This document shows, in pieces, positions 38,034 through 47,930 of a stretch of 64,000 bases of DNA. Positions within the stretch are counted from its first letter, which is position 1; each line of letters opens with the position of its first letter. Where the stretch lies: IMG/VR virus record IMGVR_UViG_3300020599_000003, positions 96,001 to 160,000 of that record; one strand, written 5' to 3'. The notes below the pieces were generated by a model. It ran no database searches. It was given only the letters and a program-made list of their open reading frames with translations, and was not told the origin of the DNA. The stretch comes from a virus. The translations under genes and the position numbers were made by a program.

Positions 38034-38398
38034 AGGGTCTTCGTGAGGCCATCTTCGCCGAAGCGTGACAGCGTGAGGGATACATTAGTGTTGAGTCGGC
38101 GCATGACGTTGGGGAGGTCGGCGCTCGGCTCGCTGTTCGAGGCAATCACCCCGGTGATGTCGCGAACGTACAGCAATGCCTTGCGGTACGATTCGGCTTG
38201 ATGGACGGCCCGCTCGTTGACGTGGTTCGCCATCTGGAGGGCGGTCATCTGCGGATCGAACGGACGGTCGGATTGTAGCATCTGCACCATCTGTTCCGCT
38301 TGAAGCGCGCGCTGCTTCCATGTGTCACGCTCGTCAAGGAGCATCTTAGACTCGAATGTCGCTGAGAGACCGGACAGTGTGGTGGGGATGTCAGTCAT
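38030..38398 (-). CDS. Hypothetical coiled-coil protein
   Basis: 122-aa ORF coupled to both neighbours. Confidence 0.6.
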   Translation of the reverse strand: MTDIPTTLSGLSATFESKMLLDERDTWKQRALQAEQMVQMLQSDRPFDPQMTALQMANHVNERAVHQAESYRKALLYVRDITGVIASNSEPSADLPNVMRRLNTNVSLTLSRFGEDGLTKTL

Positions 38399-39359
38399 GT
38401 GCTTTCAAGAGCTCCAGAAGTCGTAGATGGCGATAGCTGACGTGTTCAGCAATGCCGAGTGAGGCCCGCACGCAGCCGCGAGGGTCTACCTGCTTGGCAA
38501 TGTAGGATAGGGACTGCATAGCTTCCATGTCGCGGTTGGCTTGCGTGCTGTACTGTGCGAACGCCGCTTCGCCGTGGTCTTCCACCTGCTGATCGTAGCT
38601 GGTTTCGGCAGATTCAGCAAAGACTTCGTCGAGAACCTTCGATCGAGCACCTCGCAGCCAATTCGTGATGAACGTAGTCAAGACTCCGTGACGAGAGTCG
38701 CAGCGGTCAATGGCCTTGTACAGCGTGATCATGAAGACATTGACGATTTCCCCGAGCTTGCGTCGATGGCGGGCAGTGACATAAGTCTTCTGCGCACCGT
38801 TGAGGGCAAGCAAGATGTACTTCTCGACAATGGCGTTCTTGAAGGCTGAAGCCTCACCCAGCCAATGCTTGGCTTCCAGGGTAGCACCATACAGATTGCC
38901 ACACTTCTTCACCTCGAGATTCGTTTCAACTTCACGCAGACGCAGAAGACGGGTGGATATCTCCAGCGGATCTCCTGACGGAGGGGATTCGTGCAGACGT
39001 CGGTACTCGTCCGTCAGATTCACGAACACGTTGAGGAAGGCGAACAGAATCCCTCGATTCAAATGGAGTTCCTTGGCGGCTGCTACACGATCCTTAGCGA
39101 GTAGCAGGTTCATGAACGCAACTGGCAACATATGCTTGTCGTCAGAGGTCATCTTGATCGGGCGAACCGCCTGCTGACCCACAACCTTCGCCACGTAGTT
39201 CAGGAACAGGTTGGGGCAAGTGTTGATTACAGGCCCGAGGGCCAGCCACAGGAAATGATCCAACGTCTTCAGATACTGCGCAGACGTGTAATTCGCTGTG
39301 ATCTGCTCCTTCCTGTTCTTCAGAGCAGCGAAGGTGAGGTCATGTGTGTACGTTGCCAT
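38391..39359 (-). CDS. Divergent RNA polymerase sigma factor (sigma-70 region-2-like)
   Basis: EIVNVFMITLYKAIDRCDSRHGVLTTFITNWLRGA parallels region 2 (GL.KAVDKFD..RG.KFSTYATWWIR); no recognisable region-4 HTH. Confidence 0.6.
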   Translation of the reverse strand: MATYTHDLTFAALKNRKEQITANYTSAQYLKTLDHFLWLALGPVINTCPNLFLNYVAKVVGQQAVRPIKMTSDDKHMLPVAFMNLLLAKDRVAAAKELHLNRGILFAFLNVFVNLTDEYRRLHESPPSGDPLEISTRLLRLREVETNLEVKKCGNLYGATLEAKHWLGEASAFKNAIVEKYILLALNGAQKTYVTARHRRKLGEIVNVFMITLYKAIDRCDSRHGVLTTFITNWLRGARSKVLDEVFAESAETSYDQQVEDHGEAAFAQYSTQANRDMEAMQSLSYIAKQVDPRGCVRASLGIAEHVSYRHLRLLELLKAHD

Positions 39360-39363
39360 GTCC

Positions 39364-39786
39364 CTACGTCTTGGGGAGCTTGCTAGCGATCTTGAGATAT
39401 AGTGCTACTAGATGCTTGCACAAAAATGGAAGATTCTTCGGGTTCGTGATCCGTGCAGGCTGACCATTGGAGTAGTAGATATCCGCCGCACCGTGCTTAT
39501 GGTTGGCGAATTCTGCACGAAATGTATTGTCTAGGCACGAACATCCCACCTTGACGTTTAGCTTCTTGTCGATGAACACGATGGCCGAGACATACGTGTT
39601 GCGGTCCGACGCAGGTACTGGGACCAGGAAGCCATCCCGGTCGAGGCGTTTGATCGACGACGTGTGTGCGGCAACGAAGCCAGAACCGTCCGGCAGGTGG
39701 CCTGACTTCATGTCCTTGAGGCGTACAAACTGAGCGAGATACTTACGCTCGTCAGAAGTGCGACGATAGAGTTCCTGGATTTTCAT
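39364..39786 (-). CDS. SWIM-type zinc finger protein
   Basis: KVGCSCLD...NPKNLPFLCKHL (CxC...CxH). Confidence 0.7.
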   Translation of the reverse strand: MKIQELYRRTSDERKYLAQFVRLKDMKSGHLPDGSGFVAAHTSSIKRLDRDGFLVPVPASDRNTYVSAIVFIDKKLNVKVGCSCLDNTFRAEFANHKHGAADIYYSNGQPARITNPKNLPFLCKHLVALYLKIASKLPKT

Positions 39787-39813
39787 GGTGCAGCCCCGCT
39801 AGTGGTGAAGACC

Positions 39814-39820
39814 TAAAATT
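39814..39820 (-). promoter_or_regulatory. AATTTTA motif upstream of the SWIM-sigma genes
   Basis: CCTAAAATTAC on +, 28 bp upstream of ATG 39786. Confidence 0.45.
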
Positions 39821-39888
39821 ACGGTACTACGTGGATAACTAAAGTGGATCCAGGTTGGATCTCCACCCGACCGCTTACGTCTACCAGG

Positions 39889-39928
39889 AAAGCCCGGTTA
39901 GCACCATGCTGACCGGGGCTTTTCGTTT
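39889..39928. terminator. Hairpin, probable terminator
   Basis: AAAGCCCGGTTAGCA/TGCTGACCGGGGCTTT inverted repeat after the Acb2-like gene; T-tracts on both strands. Confidence 0.6.
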
Positions 39929-39959
39929 GTGGGTTGAATGCTAGAGATTCAACCGCCGT

Positions 39960-40658
39960 TTACCGCTCCACCGACACGACCATCGTCCCAAGTTTGGTGG
40001 ATAGCTCGTCCGCGCTCTCGTAGACCGTCTTGTCGAACTCCTCCATGAAGGATTCGGGGAACTGGTCTTCCGTGAGGTCGAACTGCGCGGCCACGTTGGA
40101 CAGGATGGCATTGCGGGTGAAGGTGTCGTCCAGGGCCAGCGGGTACGTAATGTCCATGCCGGACAACACTTCAACGACCGAGCAGATGGCGTCTGTGGTG
40201 ACTGCCATGTCGAGGTACTCAATGTCTTCGTCGGTCAGGTCGCGCTCACGGACGGGATCGGCGACCATCTTACCTTCCACACCGGCGTTGATGCGGGCGC
40301 GAGTGCGTTCTTGGAGCGCAGCCATGGCCTGCTCGATGTAGATCAGGGCGCGCTCGTTGTAGTCGCTCGGATACGGGCCGCCCTGGAAGCAGTCGAGGCG
40401 ATGCTTGCAGATGGCGAGCAGAGCTTCAACTGTCAGACCGTTGGGAGTGTCGTTCTCGACAGGACCTTGCTGGAAGGCGATCAGGAAGCGGTTGCCCACC
40501 AGATTGGACGGGTGAACCGACGGCACGGTGGCTTGGTATAGATGGTACGCGCCGCCGGGGCCAGGCAGGTCGATGGCCTTGATGTCGATGAACTTGTCAG
40601 CCTTGGTCAGCTGGAAGGAGTCGACGATGGGGGATGCTGCGGAGGTGTATGCGCTCAT
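39960..40658 (-). CDS. acb2: Acb2/Tad1-family anti-CBASS sponge domain fused to an acidic C-terminal domain
   Basis: Start MSAYTS at 40658; IAFQQGPV...NGLTVEALLAICKHRLDCFQGGPYPSDYNERALIYIEQAMAALQERTRARINAGVEG matches the Acb2 pattern. Confidence 0.8.
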   Translation of the reverse strand: MSAYTSAASPIVDSFQLTKADKFIDIKAIDLPGPGGAYHLYQATVPSVHPSNLVGNRFLIAFQQGPVENDTPNGLTVEALLAICKHRLDCFQGGPYPSDYNERALIYIEQAMAALQERTRARINAGVEGKMVADPVRERDLTDEDIEYLDMAVTTDAICSVVEVLSGMDITYPLALDDTFTRNAILSNVAAQFDLTEDQFPESFMEEFDKTVYESADELSTKLGTMVVSVER

Positions 40659-41146
40659 TCGGTGCGCTCCTTGGTGTGTGCGGTTTCGTCGATGGCGGGC
40701 ACATCGTTGTCGTATTCGTCGATCAGCAGATCGATCAGTTCGAGAGCATGCGACAGGTCTTGGGTGCCCTTCCACGTGCAGAGCAGGGTGATGACCGACT
40801 GCGCATTGGTGCAGGCCGGGGGACCGCTGAGCGTCGACAGGAAGCGAGTCAGCGAAGCATTGACGCGGATCTCATCTACGAGATGGTGACCCAGATTCGC
40901 GTTCTGCGTGCTGATGCGGCCTTCGTTGTAGACCTCGATCAACTTGACGACGTAGTGACGTGCCTTGCTGAGGTCCTTGAAGGCAGACTCACCCTCCTTG
41001 TTGCCGAAACGAGACAGATACTTGGTTGCTGCGCCCTCCAAGTGGCGAAGGTGGAGGTCAGTTGCCATGTCCCAGTGATTGTAATCACCGCCCTTATAGT
41101 GATCACCACCAACCTGCATTTCATTTGCTTTCATGAGAGTATCCAT
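40655..41146 (-). CDS. DUF3310/SaV-like protein (T7 gp1.7 nucleotide-kinase-like)
   Basis: QVGGDHYK, EGAATKYLSRFGNKEG, DLSKARHY. Confidence 0.8.
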   Translation of the reverse strand: MDTLMKANEMQVGGDHYKGGDYNHWDMATDLHLRHLEGAATKYLSRFGNKEGESAFKDLSKARHYVVKLIEVYNEGRISTQNANLGHHLVDEIRVNASLTRFLSTLSGPPACTNAQSVITLLCTWKGTQDLSHALELIDLLIDEYDNDVPAIDETAHTKERTE

Positions 41147-41150
41147 CTAG

Positions 41151-42200
41151 TTAAGTGTTCTTGATGTCTTTGTTGAGGCGGCGTTCCATCCACAGGCGAG
41201 CAGCAAGCAGCCAATCATTTTCGCACTGGTAAGCAGCGTTGAACGCCACCTTGGCTTCCAGGATTCGATTGTAAGCTGCGGCACGGTCTCCGCTCTTCCA
41301 GAGCGCATACGAATGGCGCATCGGCTCCGCCACGTAGCGAAACCAGGGTACGTCATTGAAGCCAATGTGCTCACACTGATCGTAGTGGCCGACCAGAGTC
41401 TGTACCGCTTCTTCGAAATTCGGATAGTCTGCGCCCAGCGGGTGGGAAACTACCGACGAGTGATAGATGTCTGCAGAGGCTGCGTACTCGCTGGTCAGTT
41501 GGTATTGACCATCGCCACCTTTCTCTACGAATCGCTTAGTGATGTCAAACTCAGTGTACAGGTGCAGATTGTTTGACACCTGATAGTAGGTACCGACAGG
41601 GAAACCCACACGGTTCGCAACGTACTCGTGCAAGAATGAGAAATGCACGACGTTCGCGCCGTAGCAGCCCCAGACGATGTCGTTACTCCGGTTATAAACC
41701 GTCATGTTCACCCGATCACGAAGGATCTCAAACAGAGCAATAAGGTTGCACGCCTTGTCCTTCGTGCTCTTGGTAAGGTCCTCATGGTCCCAGATCTGCA
41801 CAACGGCTTGGCGTGAGTTCGGGTCCTTCTTGAGGATCTGCACAACCTCGTTCAGCTGATCGTGCCCAAAGTGCTTGCGCCACCGATATCCGTAGGCAGC
41901 ATTCTGAGTCTCGCCATCATCGCTGTAGGCGAGCATCTGCTTGGCGTAGAAGCCTACAGTGGCGATGTCATTGTTGCCAGCAAGCATCCACATTGCCTCC
42001 ATCAGATGGAGGAATGGATTCGCATCACGGATGGGGTTGAACGACACACGCTGGAGGGGGTTGGTCCACACCGTCGTAACGGGCGTGGGGAATCGCAGGA
42101 CAGGCCCGTTGCGACTGTCCATTGGAATGCCGTGCAGCAGAACTTGCTGCAATGCCTGAGCTAGTCCCTGGTCTGGATTGCACGCTTCGAGAATGCGCAT
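41151..42200 (-). CDS. Thymidylate synthase homologue, probable dUMP hydroxymethylase
   Basis: SRNG, DPNSRQAV, catalytic KACN, YNRSNDIVWG.YGANVVHFSFL with Asn at the dUMP-specificity position; next to the 5-hmdU kinase. Start MRILEAC at 42200 (AGGAG). Confidence 0.8.
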   Translation of the reverse strand: MRILEACNPDQGLAQALQQVLLHGIPMDSRNGPVLRFPTPVTTVWTNPLQRVSFNPIRDANPFLHLMEAMWMLAGNNDIATVGFYAKQMLAYSDDGETQNAAYGYRWRKHFGHDQLNEVVQILKKDPNSRQAVVQIWDHEDLTKSTKDKACNLIALFEILRDRVNMTVYNRSNDIVWGCYGANVVHFSFLHEYVANRVGFPVGTYYQVSNNLHLYTEFDITKRFVEKGGDGQYQLTSEYAASADIYHSSVVSHPLGADYPNFEEAVQTLVGHYDQCEHIGFNDVPWFRYVAEPMRHSYALWKSGDRAAAYNRILEAKVAFNAAYQCENDWLLAARLWMERRLNKDIKNT

Positions 42201-42226
42201 AAGTACTCCTAGTTTGTATGAGGCAT

Positions 42227-43153
42227 TTACTGCATATCCCACAGGCTGAGCTGATTGGCGTCATCGCCGGAGGCTTTGTAGCGGTTCTTCGACCGCCCCC
42301 CAGCCAGCAGGCGAGCCATCTTGCTCGTCTCACACAGGCAGTTCTGCAGATCATGTGCTTCCAGCTTGCGGTCGGCGAAGATGGCCTTCAGCCGGGCGTC
42401 GTTGCGGAGAGCCGTGGTATATACGTGGAAGGCTTCCAGCCACGTAGAAGGCTTGATATCCTTCGGCCGAACGTTCAGGACGTAGGAAAGGCCGCGTGTG
42501 GAGCCCGGACCCTGCGGAGCCCACGTGTCTTTGTCGGACCAGGTGCCCTTGACGATGTGCCGCAGGTCAGCGACGACTTGGCCCGCTATGAACGAGCCGA
42601 GACCACGATACTGCATCAGGTTGTAGTGTGTCTGCTGCATGCTCGTGGTGTCGACCTCCTCATCGGAAATCGTGTTCCACATATCACGGAGGTTGTTCAG
42701 GACCGCTTCCCACTTCGCTACTCCACCGCCACCCCCGTTGATGATGTAGACGCCGGTGAAGATTTGTTGCTTGGCCTTCGCCATCTGCGCGAGCTTGACG
42801 TGCAGGTTCTTGTAGTGGAAGCCGTCGTAGCCCTTGGGGTACAGCAGCCCCAGCGTCTCGGGGCGATTGATGAGGCGGGCCAGCGAAGCGCCTACGGCCA
42901 TCTCGGACGGGGCGAGGCGGCGATTGGTGTAGAAGTTCTCGAGCAGCCAAATGCTGACCTTGTCATCCATGCGACGGACGTTGCACCAGCGCGTGTTCGC
43001 CATCAACTCGTTCTTGGTCCACGGGGCAGGCTTTCCCATGGCGCGGTTGCGACGAATGTTCTCGCGCTCGATGATCCACTTAACAGAGACTTCGTAGTGC
43101 GGCTTGTAGATTTGGAATTGGCTCACGTAGAGCTCCTCTGTGCGGCGCGCCAT
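42227..43153 (-). CDS. 5-hmdU DNA kinase (aGPT-Pplase1 family)
   Basis: ERENIRRNRAMG.PAPWT, RWCNVRRMDDKVSIW, GLGSFIAGQVVADL, GPGSTRGL, DLQNCLCETSK. Confidence 0.8.
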   Translation of the reverse strand: MARRTEELYVSQFQIYKPHYEVSVKWIIERENIRRNRAMGKPAPWTKNELMANTRWCNVRRMDDKVSIWLLENFYTNRRLAPSEMAVGASLARLINRPETLGLLYPKGYDGFHYKNLHVKLAQMAKAKQQIFTGVYIINGGGGGVAKWEAVLNNLRDMWNTISDEEVDTTSMQQTHYNLMQYRGLGSFIAGQVVADLRHIVKGTWSDKDTWAPQGPGSTRGLSYVLNVRPKDIKPSTWLEAFHVYTTALRNDARLKAIFADRKLEAHDLQNCLCETSKMARLLAGGRSKNRYKASGDDANQLSLWDMQ

Positions 43154-44115
43154 CCATCACGGCAGGCGTCCTGGATTGTTCGATTGGGTGCCCAGCCCCA
43201 CGCGGACATCGCGAACGACGCATCGGCGACGACATAAGCCGGATCGCCAGCGCGAGGGTCGGTCAGCACGCAGGGTACAGACACCTTATTTACTTCCTCG
43301 AAGGTGTCGATGAGCTCCAGCACGGAGGTGCCTTCGTTGGTGCCCACGTTGACCGCACCGTGCAGGCGCTCCTTGGAGGACACCAGATACTCCAGCGCGC
43401 ATACGTGAGCCTCGGCGACGTCCATAACGTGGATGTAGTCGCGGACGCACGTACCATCCTTCGTGGTGTAGCGGTCTCCGAACACCTTGAGCTCGGTGCC
43501 ACTGATCGCAGCGTTGATGATGCGCGGGAACAGGTTGCCCGGCGCACCCAGACCCTGGTCGGTGAGTAGGCCGGATTGGTGCCCACCGATGGGATTGAAG
43601 TAGCGCAGGCTGAGGCTGTTCAGGCTGGTGCAGTCGGCGAGGAACTGCTCCACCATCAGCTTGGTGCGACCATAAGGGCTGATCGGGCCGAGCGGCGAGG
43701 ATTCGCTCAGTTTGGCCTTGTATACTGGCGGCGCGTACACTGCGGCGCTGCTACTGAAGATCAGGTTCTTGATGCCGTAGCGTTCCATGGCCTCGACGAG
43801 CGCAATGGACTGGGCCACGTTGTTCTGGTAGTAGCGCACCGGCTGTTCCACCGACTCCGGCACAGACTTATATCCGGCCAGATGGATGACCGCATCGACG
43901 CCGTTCAGTGCCGGAGTATGGTAGCCACGCAACGCCCCCACAGACATCTGCAGAAAGTGTTGGGCCGACACATCCAGCTGACCCAGCGCATGTAGCGTGT
44001 TCAGGGAGCTATTCGACAAGTCGTCCATGATGACGATCTCGTGCCTGGATTCACGGAGGGCCACGCAGACATGCGAGCCTATGTAGCCCAGGCCACCAGT
44101 GACGAGAACCTTCAT
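43123..44115 (-). CDS. galE: UDP-glucose 4-epimerase
   Basis: VLVTGGLGYIGSH, FSSSAAVY, PYGRTK (YxxxK), LRYFNPIG, RDYIHVMD. Confidence 0.93.
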   Translation of the reverse strand: MKVLVTGGLGYIGSHVCVALRESRHEIVIMDDLSNSSLNTLHALGQLDVSAQHFLQMSVGALRGYHTPALNGVDAVIHLAGYKSVPESVEQPVRYYQNNVAQSIALVEAMERYGIKNLIFSSSAAVYAPPVYKAKLSESSPLGPISPYGRTKLMVEQFLADCTSLNSLSLRYFNPIGGHQSGLLTDQGLGAPGNLFPRIINAAISGTELKVFGDRYTTKDGTCVRDYIHVMDVAEAHVCALEYLVSSKERLHGAVNVGTNEGTSVLELIDTFEEVNKVSVPCVLTDPRAGDPAYVVADASFAMSAWGWAPNRTIQDACRDGWRAAQRSST

Positions 44116-45332
44116 ACCTTTCTCCAGTTCGCCAGCACCGCACGATTGATTTCAGTTGCCAGACCCTTGGCGTGCGGCTTGGGGCGCACAGCTTTCAGCT
44201 CCACACGCACCGCCATGCCGCTGGTTACGAGTTGCTTCACGCGGGACAGGATGGGCTTGGGTTCGCCACACATCTTCTTGCCGTCGTGGTACAGGATGAT
44301 TTCCTCGTTGTAGATTTCGAGGCGCGTGACGTCCGGGTGCGCTCCAGCCATCGTCTGGAACTTGCTCATGATGGCGGTAAGGTACTTCACCGCCAAGCCA
44401 GACGAGAACGCTTCGTTGGGCTTGCCGAGCTTGGTCAGCATGGAGCGCGCGCTGGCGTACCATTCAGCCCACTGGAATTTGCCCAGGTCCCAGGTGTTGA
44501 CCGGCTTCCAGGCGTGGCGGTTGATTCGACCGAGCTCGAAGCGTTTGTCCTGGTCCTTGCCCTTGGAGGTTGCGCCAGGGAACAACGTGACCAGCAGGGC
44601 GATGGCTCGATTGTTCGTGAACTCGTTGCGGTACACGTTCATGCCGCCGCTCGACTTCTTCATGTCGAACTCGGCACTGAACGCCACGTCGTAAATGCGC
44701 ACGAAGTTGGCTTCTTGCAGCGTCGTAAGGTTCGACATGAGGTCGATATACGCCACGTCTTGCAGCAGGCCGTGCCGTTCCATGAACGCGAAGTGGCGCA
44801 CGAACATGTCCGTCTTGTACCCGAAGATGCAGGCGTTCTTCGTGTTCTCGTGGACGTACAGACCCGTAGCGTGCTTACGCTCGGGCGTCATCAGGTCGTA
44901 GTTGTTGCGGCTGGCACCGGCAAAGCCAATGCCCGCGTAGTCCTTCCAGAGGGCCGGGAGCTTCTTCCAGACGGCGTTGAGTGCGGCTTGCCCAGCTTCA
45001 GTGCGCGTCGTCTTGTACTTGCCGTCGATCAATACCTGCAATGTGAGATCGTCATCGGCGAACAGGAATTGTTTGCAGCCGTTTTCCTGGAGCCACTTCG
45101 CCATCAGGTAGCGCTTCGTGATCAGCTTGAGGTCGTCGTTGAAGCTCTTGATCAGGAGCGGCTTGATGCCGTCTTCCTTGAGACGGTCCTGGAGCGCAAG
45201 GCGTTCACTGGCGCAGGTGACCACGATGGTGTTGGAGATGATCTCCGGCGTGAGGTAACGCAGCGTCTTCTGGCGGTCGATGCGCCCACGCGTGAACAGG
45301 ACGACGTAGGTTTCTTTCGGGTTCAGCCGCAT
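44112..45332 (-). CDS. TAGT/GREB1-type (base-J-like) GT-A glycosyltransferase 1
   Basis: Start MRLNPKE at 45332; VLFTRGR..RQKT and FLFADDDL; extra C-terminal domain. Confidence 0.7.
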   Translation of the reverse strand: MRLNPKETYVVLFTRGRIDRQKTLRYLTPEIISNTIVVTCASERLALQDRLKEDGIKPLLIKSFNDDLKLITKRYLMAKWLQENGCKQFLFADDDLTLQVLIDGKYKTTRTEAGQAALNAVWKKLPALWKDYAGIGFAGASRNNYDLMTPERKHATGLYVHENTKNACIFGYKTDMFVRHFAFMERHGLLQDVAYIDLMSNLTTLQEANFVRIYDVAFSAEFDMKKSSGGMNVYRNEFTNNRAIALLVTLFPGATSKGKDQDKRFELGRINRHAWKPVNTWDLGKFQWAEWYASARSMLTKLGKPNEAFSSGLAVKYLTAIMSKFQTMAGAHPDVTRLEIYNEEIILYHDGKKMCGEPKPILSRVKQLVTSGMAVRVELKAVRPKPHAKGLATEINRAVLANWRKV

Positions 45333-46138
45333 TTCGGAGGCTCCGTGGTCAGGATTTCCTCGTACAGCGTGCTGTCGTCGTGCGGCGGCTGCTGGAGGAT
45401 AGGGTTGATCTTGGGGGTCTGGATTGCGCGCACTTTCCACAGGTACGAAGCGTGGTTCAGCGGCTGCGGCTGGCGGCGCGGATACAGGTAGCCTAGGTGC
45501 GCACAGAAGTCGTAGTCGTAGGAATACAGATACTCGCACATGGTGAGGATCTTGTGCTTGTCCTCCTCGGGCAGAGCATCGTACCACGCCCGGCTGCTCT
45601 TGGAGTTGAGGTGCTTGAGCTCGAACTGGCCGTCAGCACCGAATAGAAACCGGCTGATCTTCGACTCCAGGTTCGGGTCTTCCAGCGAGTAATGGGCGTA
45701 CTCGATGGCGTATGCCTTGGAGGGGAAGAACGCAGCCTGAGGCCGGAACCACGGGAACTCCGGGAGCCACACACTCTCCGGTGTCAACATCTCCCACAGG
45801 AAGTCCACCAGCGGCAGGTTGAATCGTGTGTACCAGTCGTGCCGCTTGACCTCGAACTCGCGAATGGCGGAGAGGAAGCGGTCGAGCGGATCACGCACGA
45901 TTCCGAAGAAGCGATACTTCGACAGGCGGTGTGGGCTGAGAATGCGCGCCACCGACTGGAAGTCCAGGTGGGACATATTCTCCATGTGGTATGCACCGTC
46001 GCGGGGGTCGCGGAAGAACCCCTGGTAGCGGTAGGTGTCAGGTACACCCAGGCGCTTGAGGAGTTCGGTGCGGATGCTGGTGCCGCCCGCCTTGGGGTTG
46101 TGCAAGAAGACGATCTTGCGACCTTCATCAACGATCAT
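45323..46138 (-). CDS. PAPS-dependent sulfotransferase 1 (Sulfotransfer_2-like)
   Basis: Start MIVDEG at 46138; 5'-PSB motif FLHNPKAGGTS, 3'-PB motif GIVRDPLDRFLS, FRPQ. Confidence 0.85.
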   Translation of the reverse strand: MIVDEGRKIVFLHNPKAGGTSIRTELLKRLGVPDTYRYQGFFRDPRDGAYHMENMSHLDFQSVARILSPHRLSKYRFFGIVRDPLDRFLSAIREFEVKRHDWYTRFNLPLVDFLWEMLTPESVWLPEFPWFRPQAAFFPSKAYAIEYAHYSLEDPNLESKISRFLFGADGQFELKHLNSKSSRAWYDALPEEDKHKILTMCEYLYSYDYDFCAHLGYLYPRRQPQPLNHASYLWKVRAIQTPKINPILQQPPHDDSTLYEEILTTEPPKCG

Positions 46139-46923
46139 TGTCGCTCCAGAGCTTCGGCGCGCTTGCGCCAGTACATACACTGCTCGCCCAGGCTGAGATT
46201 GCGGGGGTCCTGTTCATGGTGGTATCCGGCAAGCGGGATCGCCATACCATCGACGATGTCCGCATGCGTGGTGGGCGGGGCCACGCTGCCGACCATCTCG
46301 TAGCCGAACAGCAGGAAGTCCCGGGCATACAGCCTATTTACCAGACCCAGCACATCCTCGTCCAACTGGTCGACAGTCAGGCGCGCGCCAACATCGTACT
46401 TGCGCTGATCCTTGGCGTGATCGAGTTCGGTACGCTGGATGCCCAGGTGCATGGTCAGCTGGGACCAATGCAGGTCCAGCTCTTCGAAGCGCCCGATGAA
46501 GTCCGCGAACTTCGTGTTATTCCAGTAGAAGAAGTAGTGCTGCGGGCAGAAGTGGGTGTACCGCCAGTCGAATCGGAGGTTGCTCACGGTCATGTGGCGG
46601 CGCGCCCATTCGTTGAAGTCGGTGTCCGGGGCCAGCTTGTGCTGGTACTTGTGTTCCGCCCACGAGCTGAACAGGCGGTCGTAGGGGTTGCGCACGAAAC
46701 CGAACTTCGTGTAACTGGCGAAGTCGCGGTCCGGCCACACGTGGGGTACGTCGCCAGCACACACATGGAACAGCTCCACCACGCGCTCCAGGGACGGGAT
46801 GTATTCCTGGTACGCCAGCCGATGCGGGTTGCTGTCGTACTGGAAGAGCTGGCGGCGGATGCTGGTGCCCGCAGCCTTGGGGTTGTGGATGAAGAGGAAC
46901 TTGTTAGTATCGGAGATGATCAC
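46135..46923 (-). CDS. PAPS-dependent sulfotransferase 2 (Sulfotransfer_2-like)
   Basis: FIHNPKAAGTS, FGFVRNPYDRLFS, HFCPQ, DFIGRFEEL, YARDFLLFGY. Confidence 0.9.
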   Translation of the reverse strand: MIISDTNKFLFIHNPKAAGTSIRRQLFQYDSNPHRLAYQEYIPSLERVVELFHVCAGDVPHVWPDRDFASYTKFGFVRNPYDRLFSSWAEHKYQHKLAPDTDFNEWARRHMTVSNLRFDWRYTHFCPQHYFFYWNNTKFADFIGRFEELDLHWSQLTMHLGIQRTELDHAKDQRKYDVGARLTVDQLDEDVLGLVNRLYARDFLLFGYEMVGSVAPPTTHADIVDGMAIPLAGYHHEQDPRNLSLGEQCMYWRKRAEALERQ

Positions 46924-46931
46924 GATGTGCC

Positions 46932-47930
46932 TTAGACGCGCTTACCGCGTACGAACTTGATGTACTTGAGATTGGCCTGATACGTCTTCGCATCGACCTT
47001 GCCGCCCGCCGCCTGCCATTCGTAGGCCACGCGGTCGCAGATGTCCGAGAACTTGTCCGTGTCCTTGTAGGTGAAGATCTTGGGCGTGCGGCTGAGGCCG
47101 TTCAGCTGGCAGAAGTCGCGGATGAAGTCACGCGTTTCCTGGACGTGGTCCTCGGTGATGCCGGTCACGATGCGCTTGTGGCGACGGAAGATGATGAAGT
47201 TGCCACGCATCTTCTCGTCGCGGGTGAAGCCTTCGATCACACCCGGGAAAAGCTGCATGCACTTCAGCGCATCGTTCGCTGTCAGGAAGTCCGTGCGGCT
47301 GTTGCCCACGCCGGATTCGCGGATAGCCTTGGACGTCGACGGAAACGTGGCAAGTCCGGTATAGACTGCAGCGGACTTGGTCGCCATGAAGTTCTGGATC
47401 GGGATGGGTTGGTCCACCGTGAACAGGATGCGATTGTGCCAGATATCGCGGGGGCGGCGCGCAGAGAAGCCTGCTGCCGCGCTGCCGAGCTCGTTCTCCA
47501 GTACCGCCCTGCCGTTGCGCGCATGTCCGAATGTGCTGAGCTGCTTGCGGCAGATGGCGACCATGTTGTAGACCTCGAACATGCGCGGGATCACGTCCAG
47601 CATGCGGTCCATGAACAGGCCCGGAGCATCCTTCGCCTTGACGTAGCGTCCGGCTTTCTGGTCCCATGCGAACATGTACTGGTCGTCGTCCAGCTGCATG
47701 TAGTGTCCCTTCAGCTTCTCGTAGAAGAAGCGCTTCTTCTTGTAGAGGCAATCCATGTACGGCTCGAAGCGGTTGATGGACCGCACCTTGTTGCCGTACC
47801 ACGCGTTCTTGTACTGCTTGTATTCCTCCGGCATGACCCACAAGTCGATGTGCTGCAGGAATTGTTCCGGCATGCTCTCGAACGCGACCATGTTGTTGGC
47901 GCGCCCGTAGGAAGTGACGACGTAGCGCAT
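46932..47930 (-). CDS. TAGT/GREB1-type GT-A glycosyltransferase 2
   Basis: MRYVVTSYGR and YMQLDDDQ (DxD). Confidence 0.65.
   Translation of the reverse strand: MRYVVTSYGRANNMVAFESMPEQFLQHIDLWVMPEEYKQYKNAWYGNKVRSINRFEPYMDCLYKKKRFFYEKLKGHYMQLDDDQYMFAWDQKAGRYVKAKDAPGLFMDRMLDVIPRMFEVYNMVAICRKQLSTFGHARNGRAVLENELGSAAAGFSARRPRDIWHNRILFTVDQPIPIQNFMATKSAAVYTGLATFPSTSKAIRESGVGNSRTDFLTANDALKCMQLFPGVIEGFTRDEKMRGNFIIFRRHKRIVTGITEDHVQETRDFIRDFCQLNGLSRTPKIFTYKDTDKFSDICDRVAYEWQAAGGKVDAKTYQANLKYIKFVRGKRV

Noticed and set aside
41151-42200. dCMP hydroxymethylase (cytosine modification) reading of the TS homologue
   Set aside because: It has Asn rather than Asp at the specificity position and is adjacent to a 5-hmdU kinase; a dU substrate fits better, though this is unproven.
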